Source: Phoronis australis (lineage: Eukaryota > Animalia > Phoronida). From it: a DNA stretch of 64,000 nucleotides. Shown piece by piece: positions 1 through 39,582 of this stretch. Position 1 is the stretch's first letter; each line of letters starts with the position of its first letter. The notes beneath the pieces are model-generated. The model was not told where the DNA came from, did not search any database, and saw only the letters and a program-made list of their open reading frames with translations. The DNA is taken from NCBI GenBank assembly GCA_002633005.1, contig NMRA01000573.1:124001-188000 (forward strand), read 5' to 3'. The position numbers and the translations under genes were made by a program.

Positions 1-677
1 TCTGGTCCTTTTGACAGAGAAACGTGTGTAGAGGCACTTAATACAGAGGCCTTCAGCTAAAGCCACGGAGCCAGAACCTGTTAGTTCGTTTTGTTTGTTT
101 CATAATGATAACTGAAACTACACAATTACTCTCAAGTTTGCGCGTTGAGAGACATGCGTGTCGGACTATTATTCTTCTCTCCATCATAGACTATAGTACA
201 ATTCGAAAGTCGCATTTATGATCGACATATGTCCCGAATAATAGATAACTGAGACGCGCGTCGCAAGCTCGTTAATACCAGAGATGAAAAGGAGACGGAG
301 GTAGGCGATATAAGGTCATTTATTATGACTAGTACAGTTACAATATAATGAATACAGGTAAATAACGTATAATTGGTAATCTCTGATAAGATGGGCAATA
401 AAAAAGCGCCACAAGAGATGTTCGCATATATCAATGGTAAACTGTTGCAACAAATCCTTGTGACTTTTTCGTCAACTTTGAAGGGTCATTTTCGTCAACT
501 ATTATCGGTTTTGCAACCGAAAAACGCATTCTGGGGTTCATTATTGTTGTTGGATGCGATAGACTTCTTGGAATATGTATTGACCAAAGCTATAAAACGA
601 AATCAGTTGCGTTTTTGTGATTTTATAGCAATTCCTCAGTTATCTCCTTCGTCTGCGTAACATTTGCTGAAATCCAG

Positions 678-757
678 GCCGGTAGGATTTGGCTCGAAGA
701 TCAGCGCAGAGTGTTCGGCTGCTACAAAGGAGGCGGGTTCGATTCCTCGCCACTGGT
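678..757 (+). pseudogene. tRNA-like sequence (tRNA pseudogene or SINE head)
   Basis: B-box GGTTCGATTCC near 736-746 and partially complementary ends (gccggtag ... ccactggt). No clean D arm or anticodon arm. Confidence 0.35.
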
Positions 758-1153
758 AATTTTTGAAAGGGTACGTGTTGGTACGTTGGTCGGCAAAAGG
801 GTTTAATGACATTTTTCTCTTCTCATGGTCGGACGTGCTCGTGTTTGTTGCAAAAGTATGTCACTTTGAAACGGAAAAGGTACGTTAGACTACTATTAAA
901 GAATTTTGAGTCACACTCGAAATAAATGGTCGGTTGCGGGAGGGAAAGTAGAATTAGTTTAACAATATACACAGTAGTCTATTTACAAGTTCATTCTGGC
1001 GAATATATAATATTCAAACGCTTATGCTTATTGGGTTTCGATTGGATGCTCTCGCATTGGGATAAATGACGAGTGCTGCTATACGAGAGCACGACTCACA
1101 TTTGCAGTTAAAGTAAAAGTTTGGATAATTTTCGAACAATACCCTTAACTCAC

Positions 1154-1292
1154 CCGTTTGCCGAGGTTAAGTTTACAGATCTCTTGACAAGCCACAGGAC
1201 ACAGCCGATGGAAGCCCTGGACTGAGAGCATTTCTGCAAATGCGTTACACAGATTCATGCAGCCCTCGTTGGCGCTAGTGCAGAGTGCTTTG
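1154..1292 (-). CDS. Exon 2 of the Arg/Pro-rich precursor (six-Cys domain plus GKR)
   Basis: Canonical acceptor and donor, open frame in the phase required by exon 1, and a C-x6-C-x3-C-x15-C-x3-C-x3-C pattern. Confidence 0.75.
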
Positions 1293-2554
1293 CTGCAATA
1301 AACCAGAACGCTTGACAACATTGATATTTGTGCATCACCAGAAATGTAAGAGTCAGACTTAACATAATTTGATTACATACGTTGAAACTATGGATGTTCA
1401 GAAGTAGCGTTTGGGAAAATAAGTTATGACTAAATTGGTCTCCGTTAAAATTCACTTTAGAAGTGAAATGGAAAGAACGTTCTTGAAACATTGCATTTTT
1501 GGATAAGTGTTTTGTATCACTGGTAAAACCTATATTGTTAGATCAGCAATCCGTTTAACTCAGAACCTATCACTTCGTATAATTGGCTTAGTTGAGAACG
1601 GATTACAGAACGTCTCTCTTTACTCTAGTCAGTTCATACGTTTTCTTTAATGACAAAAATGTCATATTGATTCTCGATTTCACAGAAGGCATACCATTCA
1701 TTCCCCTATTCCTACCCTCACTGCTCTGAGATCTATAGATCGGGAGGTAATTTACTTTTCAACTTTGCTCATCAGGGCACGATCTTTTTGCTCCACTACT
1801 GTGTCGGTTATACAACTTTGTGTTCAATCTAAATACATTAAATCTCTCACATACAGTGTTATACTGTTGGTGGGAGCAAATTTTAAAGCCGCATTTCGCC
1901 CTGTTTATCCAACTGAACAACGAAAATCGGTTTAGTACTTTTACTCTCACAAAAATCAGTCTCATCGTAGGATTCTATTTCTATTACCAACAAGAATATT
2001 GAAATCGTCAGTGATTTCGGAAGAACTTCAGTGTTTATTGGGGCTGGCCAACCCTCAAATTGTGAATTGGAGCATCGGTTGTGTTTGAACGCATGAGAGT
2101 TAGGAGAGGAAATAGAATCTTGTCATGGTAAGAACTATCAGGAGTCCTATTGTATATTGGTCTAATTAGATTTTGTTTTAAGCCCACTGAACGCAGCATT
2201 AAATATAAAACAAAGTATAATTTGTATTTACGCCCAGTGAAAGAACTGTAGCTTACAAAGCACTTACTTGAGGAAATTGGAGGTGTCGAAAGTTGGACAC
2301 TGGGGAGGCTTTGGAATGAACGGGAGGCGGAAACGAATTCGAGGTAGTCGAATTCTTGGCAATCGAATACGTATACGTGGGAGCCGAATGCGTGGAAGCC
2401 GAATGCGTGGAAGCCTGAGGCGTGGAAGCCGAATGCGTGGGATCCGGAATCGAAAGCGCGGTACACGGAAGCGAAACCTCCTCCACGATTCCCCTTCGTG
2501 TACCATAGCCGCAATGGTGACGAGCACCAGCAATAAGACAACGCACTTCCCCAT
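1154..2554 (-). CDS. Secreted Arg/Pro-rich, Cys-rich peptide precursor (candidate antimicrobial peptide); 3' end incomplete
   Basis: Exon 1 is 2554-2268: MGKCVVLLLVLVTIAAMVHEGES-WRRFRFRVPRFRFRIPRIRLPRLRLPRIRLPRIRLPRIRIRLPRIRLPRIRFRLPFIPKPPQCPTFDTSNFL, ending AA|gtaagt (phase 2). Exon 2 is 1292-1154, after the acceptor tttattgcag, phase-matched: (N)KALCTSANEGCMNLCNAFAEMLSVQGFHRLCPVACQEICKLNLGKR|gtgagt. Further exon(s) were not resolved. Confidence 0.8.
2268..2554 (-). CDS. Exon 1 of the Arg/Pro-rich precursor (signal peptide plus cationic repeat domain)
   Basis: Hydrophobic signal peptide ending in GES, 15-bp codon repeats encoding RIRLP, and a consensus donor gtaagt at 2267-2262. Confidence 0.85.
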
Positions 2555-2598
2555 TCTTCCTGCAATAGAAATCACGGAACATCGTTTGACTCTAAACA

Positions 2599-2605
2599 TT
2601 ATATA
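2599..2605 (-). promoter_or_regulatory. Possible TATA box of the Arg/Pro-rich peptide gene
   Basis: TATATAA on the minus strand about 45 nt upstream of the ATG. An acceptor-like tctattgcag just before the ATG means an upstream UTR exon is equally possible. Confidence 0.3.
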
Positions 2606-4130
2606 AGCCTACAGGTGTGCCGATTGCCGAAAATGTGGCCAATGTACAGACATCTCTGCCACGTACATGTATATTATGAAATAATTGTCGTTTGGTGTGA
2701 AATCGGTCCTTGCAAACAAGCCTATACAAACCGGTATATGTGCGAAATCTAATTATTACTCTGATGTAGGACCTTATCGACAAGTCTGTGTACTTTGTCA
2801 ACTATCTACAGAACTATATTATTTAAACGTAGTGAAAGTGTATGTTTTCTGAAAGCACAAAGGTGGCAAAATTTTGGACTTTATACCAATCAGCTGTGAA
2901 TCAGGTCACGTGAACATGTGGTTTTAGTAATATTTATCAAAAAAGAGCGGAACATTCATAGCAGAACAACGGTATCAATAACACGGATCAATTTCATTTG
3001 ATCTAAATGTTCAAGCTGAAGTATCAAAAACTCTAACAGTTTTCAAAATAATCTTTTTGTTTTCGTTTTGTGCAACTTAATTTTTTTCACAAAAATCGTA
3101 AAAATCCTATTTTGATTGCCCCTCATGCAGATGTGAAGCAATTTAAAAACAATTCTGAATTATCGAGAACAGCGGTATCCAAAGCATAATATCTGGAAGT
3201 TTCATACGAATCTGACCTGGCATCTGTGAGATATGATGATCTCAAGTTATCCAAATTTGGCCATTTTCTAGGGACGCTAGGTTCTACATGTCCATAAACT
3301 TAAACCTGTGAAACTTGATTTAATTAAACATTTCATTACCTTGATTGCTTGGCTTCCAATAATTATTTAACTAAGAGATAACGAGCACTTTATTTGAAAC
3401 AGCCACATTAGCGAAGTGCTGGCCAGACTTATATGAATTTCTGAATTGTCTTGTGATTCCAAATGTGCTATTGTGGCAAAAAGAAATTTCTGAGTTACGT
3501 TTCGCAGCGGTTAATGGTTTTGATTGTATTTTTGTTTTTTCGATCAGCTATACACGTGGAAATGCAGTTTTAATTTCCTTACAATATAAAATAAATCAAA
3601 GTTCTTTCCTGAAATCCCATGTGGCTCTCTTACCTGTTCGTCACTCTGTCAACCGTTTGACTGATGACAAATATCCCACGAATTGTCGTGGTTTATATTG
3701 GTGAAAGGTTTACGCCAAAACGGTTGCGTCGTGACAATTTTATGTCCCTGAAGGTACACTTGTATTGTAGGAAAGTTTGTTTTAATGAAGACGCGCATGT
3801 AATGTAACTGAGCTGAAACGTAATTTGATTATGAGAAAGGTCAATGCAAAAACATTCGTTAGCATATAATCGAAATACGTGACAACTCTAACCCCGAAAA
3901 ATTGTGTGTTTCAACAAACGTAAACCTAACAAGCCCCGCGGCGGTCACGAACACTTGTTCCCCTTCTGTTTACCTGATCAAGTTATTGCGCACAATATGG
4001 TGTAAGACTTAATGGCTTTAAACTGCAGAGTCTGCTGTTAAATAATTATTCTTATCCTCAGTAATATGAGAGAATCACAAAACATGTACAACCTATAAAC
4101 GTTGTTACTGGTATAGACACACTTGTTATC

Positions 4131-4310
4131 ATTAATGTATAAAATCAACGTTATTATATTAAGGATATCGTTATTATTAATGTATAAAATCAACGTTATT
4201 ATATTAAGGATATCGTTATTATTAATGTATAAAGTCAACGTTATTATATTAAGGATATCGTTATTATTAATGTATAAAGTCAACGTTATTATATTAAGGA
4301 TATCGTTATT
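4131..4310. repeat. 45-bp minisatellite, about 4 copies, followed by a short (GTT)n tract
   Basis: The unit attaatgtataaa(a/g)tcaacgttattatattaaggatatcgttatt is repeated in tandem. Confidence 0.95.
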
Positions 4311-6360
4311 ATTTTTATTCTCCCTTGTTATTCTTATTATAAATGTTGTTGTTATTGTTGTTGTTGTTGTTTATTGTGCTCTAAACTTGAGTTCTCGTAG
4401 TTCTCAGAAAGAAAAACGTGTGTGCGGCAATCCTCAATACGTTGGGAACATGGCATAATTGCAGCCTTTTGACGATTAGTGAATGCCTTTCGAAAATATT
4501 GGTTTGAACAGGTCTAACTCTCCCGTAGACTTACACGGAAAGGCACGTGAATTGACTTGTTTACTATACTTACCGAGGAGGTTATGTTTGGACTTTGAAT
4601 CATGTCGAGCACTCGTTCAGTTACCCAGATACCATGTTTACCCAAAACGTTGTAGACAAATTTTCTAAAATCTTACAGAAGATGCTCGGCATGGAGAAAG
4701 GAACAATCGACTGTACTTTGGTAAAGATGGCGTGTTGTGACGTCATACAACAGTCGTTTTTTAAGATACTCTTTTCTTTGCATTCTCCAATTTAGAACAC
4801 AATTTTTTCAGTCGATAGATATCATTAAAATATAAACAATGTGTTTCAGGTCTTTTCGTGTTTGTCTTATTTTTCTATTGATTTAAAAATTAAAAATGTG
4901 AGTCAACCTCATCTATATGGCGGCAGTTGAGTGAATACCCATAATGCATGAGTCAGGTCTCACTCACTACCACAGCGACCATTTTAGACGGTGGTCCACC
5001 ACTAAAGACAAAAATTTAAGTACAAAATTCATACTAAATTTGGTTACGTTTGAAAATATTTGTTATGTTCAATGAACATTTTGGGCTTAGTTTGTACTTA
5101 TTTAACTTGAGTTAAAATCCGTTTTTGTGGAATTTTTAACTAATCCGAAGCAGACAGAGTATCATTAATGCACCACCGACGAACTTCAGTTGGTTTTATG
5201 AATGCAATAGTATAGCTGCGCAAGTGACGTGAATTGAAAGTTAGTGAACATTTGAGCCTTTGAAAACACGCTTTTGTACAACAACGTGATGGAGTGAACT
5301 GAAATACCTTGATGCAGGTTTGCATTTGTTAAACGTTTATTACAAAAAGCATAATATTTAATGATTGAAGTTATGCCCAGAAAACGCTAGAAAGCATTAT
5401 ATCTGGGCGTAAAAAATATTGCATATATTTATATATATGTAATACATAATATGTATATATGTAAATGTATGTGAGTGCGCATGTGCGAGATAGAGAATTA
5501 GCAACGTTTTCGGATAAAACCATATTGCTATTATCTATAAACTTCAATCAAAAAGTTGAGTTAATCAAGAAATTTCTGGAATTCAGAGTAAGCGTTTTTG
5601 ATGCTGAAGTGGTGTTCGAGTGTCTGGAAAAGCTCGTTTCCCGTGCAGTCAAAAGAGATATGAGCAAATGAGCGGTCGTTTCCAAGGCAACGCAGTAGTC
5701 TCCGCGCTTGCACTGTCCCCACGACGGTTATTCAAAAACGAAAGTGATGCCAGAATCCGCGAGGATTGACATAAACATTGGTGGCCTTGATGATGAACGA
5801 CTTAGAACTTACTTGTTACATTTATCAACAGCAATTAGTTATAACTTCTAGGTAATTAGTCATAACATACACTTTCCCACGCACCACTATTTCCATAGAC
5901 TCGTACTTTGACTAAGAAGTTTCGACTTAAACAATGCCATACATATGACACATTAAAGACATGACTTGAATCGTGACTTTGCGCACACCTATTTCTAAAG
6001 CTTAATCTTAATTACATCACATTGAACCCGGAGGGTGGAAGTACGAGTTAAATGGCTAAAGAACCTTTTGAAAGTTGCGACGTTGTAAAGCCATCAGTGA
6101 GTCTTTTAAAAAGATAAAAGAAAACGCTCTGTAAAGAAGAAGTGGTGAAGATTAGCCTGGAGGTAATTTAGCCGACTAGATTTTCCTTTGTTATTTTTGC
6201 TGCGTCCACGTGAATATTTGTAGCGCTCCTTACCTTTGTACCGCGTCCATCGTGTACTAGAACATTTAAATGGTCCCTCCTACGGAAGAGGTCTTCTGAA
6301 ATGCTCACTACGTGATATAATTTCGAATTCGCACTCCCAGCAACGTATGTTTGAAGCAAC

Positions 6361-6665
6361 AAAGGGTTCTTAAACGAGTAAATTTTGTGTGTTGAAATGT
6401 GCTTAATCTACGTGTACTTTTGCGTAATTTACGTGTATTTTGCTTAATTTACGCGTACTTTTTATCTACTCGTACTTTTACTTAATTTACGCGTACATTT
6501 AGTTCAAAAACGACCATTGGTCTGTTCTTAATCAATTAATTTGAGAGCACGGGCGTCATTGGACTATATGAACTGATTAAAAGTACGCAGATGTTAAGCG
6601 AAACTAATATTGCGTTGATTAAGCACAATTCAATGCGCAAAAAGTTACTCGTTTGAGAAGCCTTT
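6361..6665. mobile_element. MITE-like element with terminal inverted repeats; related copies near 42363-42660 and 45060-45170
   Basis: Ends are aaagggttcttaaacgagtaa and ttactcgtttgagaagccttt. Internal subrepeats of the type tgcttaatttacgcgtacttt recur elsewhere in the window. Confidence 0.6.
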
Positions 6666-8180
6666 GGCGCTTCATAGTTATGGAACACCAACGTGTTCTT
6701 TTGAGAGAGTGTCCATTGCACTGTTTTATACGAGAACAACGCAATCATCGCACGCGTGAATCCAGAAATTGTTGATGTAACAGGCTCAGATTATAGATCA
6801 ACGCAAAAGATTAATAGAATTTAGATTACAATCTACTGTACCATGGGTTCCAGAGTAATATTGTGGAAAGTAGTGCATTTTTGCGGATAAAAATTTAGAA
6901 ATAAATATTGGAAACTGCCCCTAGTTCAAAGCTGCCATTTTCTCAACAGTGTTGAAATATTCAGCAATCGTTCGGACAGGTGCACTGAAGGGAAGCCGCG
7001 CTATACATTGCGTTATTCCAGTTCAATAGCTGTCTCGCGGAGAGAAAATCTAGCCAAAATCCTATGCTCTCATTAAAAATACACACCAATATCTGACGGA
7101 CTCTCACGAGATCTTGATTTTCTAGAGAAATATTAGAGTTATTGAAAACTGCCTTACCGAGAAGCAAAACCAATGGCGACTCAAAAACAGTTTTAACTGA
7201 TCAATCTCAACAAACTCTTGGGGTTGATTGGTCCTAAAATTGCAAAAATGGCACAATGTGCTCTTCGCCTGTGACTTGAGCTCCCGGCTCATTCGGATGA
7301 GAGTTGTTATAATTTTAGACTCTACAGAGCTTCAGTTAACAACATTGACAGGTTGACCCCCGTGAAGTGCCACTTTTTAGTGCTCCACCTAACTTCTTGA
7401 CATGACCATTTATAATTCGCCAACCATAGCCTGATGATTACCAAAGCATTTAATTTGCAGTTCGTTTCTTACGTCGGCTTGGTTATAGTTACGCCTATGA
7501 CTGCATATGAGGAGACAATTGCCCTCTCCTCCAAACAATCAGGAATACCCGGACAGGACAGGTAAATATTCGGTCAGCGTAGCATTAGAAATATTGTAAA
7601 TATATATGAAGAGGAGTGACATCGGTGGCAATCTGGTAGAAGTGTTTGACAGCGGAGGGGTGGGAGGGGCAAAGCTACGTCATATGCCTTCCCTAACAGC
7701 CAAGTCGAGCTACACGTAAGTAGGCTTGGCTTAATTTTTTTTCTGGATTTTGAGTACCTCGTACTTTACGGTTTTGACTTGTTTTGCACAAAATTTACAC
7801 TGTTAAATGGTTTCATTTGTGTTGTAATATTTTGTTGTCCGTCGTGTTTTTGAGCGGTGTTAGCTCAAGCGTCACGCAAGAATTCGAAATTTGACCTTCT
7901 CAAAGGTGAGCCACATTTGAAGCTGGTCACGATTACCCCGCAGCATTTCACTAAATGTCGATTATGTTATGTTGTTGTGTTTGTGAAGCAAGTTTAGTTC
8001 ATACGAACAATCTAAGACAAGAATATTCTGAATTGAACGCAAAATCGACTTTCGTTTAAATAAACTTTATTTGAAATAAAAAAAATCAAATTCAAAGCTT
8101 CTAGAAGTTGGTACGGTCAGTAACCGTTGTAAATCAAAGAATAATTTGTCGCTTTTTGGCAAACTGTGTCGAAATACCTT

Positions 8181-8336
8181 CAGTGCTGTAGTGGGGCGTA
8201 GGCGCATATAGGCGCAGCCAACCACCTTTTGGCATTTGAACGTAGCGTCTACGCACCGTAAGTTACGTTCAGTGATCAAGGTGATGCGGTGGGCTTTTGG
8301 CGCCTACTTACCTCTAATTCTACCACTACAGCACTG
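8181..8336. mobile_element. hAT-type MITE (156 bp)
   Basis: 14-bp TIR CAGTGCTGTAGTGG / CCACTACAGCACTG with a perfect 8-bp target-site duplication, AATACCTT (8173-8180 and 8337-8344). Confidence 0.85.
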
Positions 8337-9338
8337 AATACCTTTATGCCTAACGTTGCTTTTCAAATGTTGAAATGGGACGACGTGTAGTTAACGCATA
8401 GTCACTTGTAAAATGAATTTTATTTGACTTAAACGCTTAAACTTTCTCTAGAGTTTCAGTTATGGAGGTAAACTATTTAAAGACCCAGCCTATTCAGTTC
8501 TTAAATCTAAATCTGTAATCATCTTTGAGGAAAGTGTAAAAGACAGCTGGGTCCGGCTTTATCAAAAGTCGTAACTCTGGTCTTAGCTAAGATGGCTATT
8601 AGTTCGATTTTAATTTGCTCACCGTTCAATTTTCCTTAGGGCGTTTGTCAAGTCTGAAAATTATCAACCATACGTCAGTTATAACGTTTTTGCTCTTCTA
8701 GGAGATGTATCGACGTTAGCGAGCCTACTACTGTCTTAGATAGGATCGGATTTCCGTCCTTCGACACCGGGCCCCAGGGTACTGTATCACTTACTATGCG
8801 ACGTCTTGGCTAAGTCAGTTTTAACACGGATGTTATTGATTTTGTGATACCTAATCAGTATGGCACTTTTTCAAACAGTATGTCCATTTGTGGATTTTTG
8901 GAGCAATGGGCGAAAAACACACGTCATTTACATGGGATCGGATGTGTTAGTGTATTTTCATGTCACGCTCTGCTGGCGCATGGTGTTTTAAGCGTACATG
9001 TATTTAACTAACACCCGCCTTGGTTTTAGCGAATGTCTCAGGCAGACAATTGCGAGAATTGCAATAACGTCACAAGAATACAGCGGATTCTCATTTTATG
9101 GTCAACAATTTCATCCAACAGTAGTCCGCAAACGCTTTTTTTCGGGCGTTAAAACGTTTATTTCTATTTGAGCATGCCAAGCCTGTATATTGGCCCTCGT
9201 TGTCTCCGATATTGATATGAGACCAAATAGATGTCCCAGTGGTACAATGTAAACATGTGATAGTTAATTATCAATTCTCAAGCATTGACCTTTGGTACGC
9301 TCTGAACTTGGTATCCCATAGACAATATTGTATTGACG

Positions 9339-39221
<29,883 letters not shown>

Positions 39222-39284
39222 TCAAATATCCTCTTATCATTACTTTTTTGTATTACTACCGTATGCAAATTTCTTTGTTTTATA

Positions 39285-39290
39285 AATAAA
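39285..39290 (+). terminator. Polyadenylation signal of the ABCC gene
   Basis: AATAAA about 64 nt after the TGA, followed by GT/T-rich sequence. Confidence 0.6.
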
Positions 39291-39582
39291 GTTTATGTTG
39301 ACTTCATAACTGAATCTCGTGTTTTATTCGTCATGATTTTGTTTTGGGAACGTTCAGTCGACGAGATATATGGAATAGCGGCTTTCTCTGTCATACCATG
39401 GAATTGTGGAGTTTTGAAAAAATATGCTTAGAAAATGCGACCAAAACGACATTTCGACGTCAATAAAACAGATGTCCCCGCCAAACGGACTTTAATCCGC
39501 CAACAACGGAAAACGGATATAGTGCAAGATTTAATTTAAACCACAGTTCGGTCTATCACCAGTTCGTTCGAGATACGAAGCT

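Noticed and set aside
1-660. Third exon of the Arg/Pro-rich precursor
   Set aside because: Minus-strand acceptors near 590 and 78 give either early stops or unconvincing peptides in the required phase 0, so none could be supported.
678-757. Functional tRNA, including tRNA-Sec
   Set aside because: A B-box is present, but no convincing cloverleaf or anticodon arm could be drawn.
2035-2606. Overlapping ORFs 2035-2565(-), 2253-2582(-) and 2268-2606(+), including a protamine-like RGSRM repeat
   Set aside because: They are alternative-frame shadows of the 15-bp repeat. Only the MGKCVV frame has a signal peptide and a phase-matched downstream exon.
4038-4458. Repetitive hydrophobic ORFs
   Set aside because: They are translations of the 45-bp minisatellite and the GTT tract.
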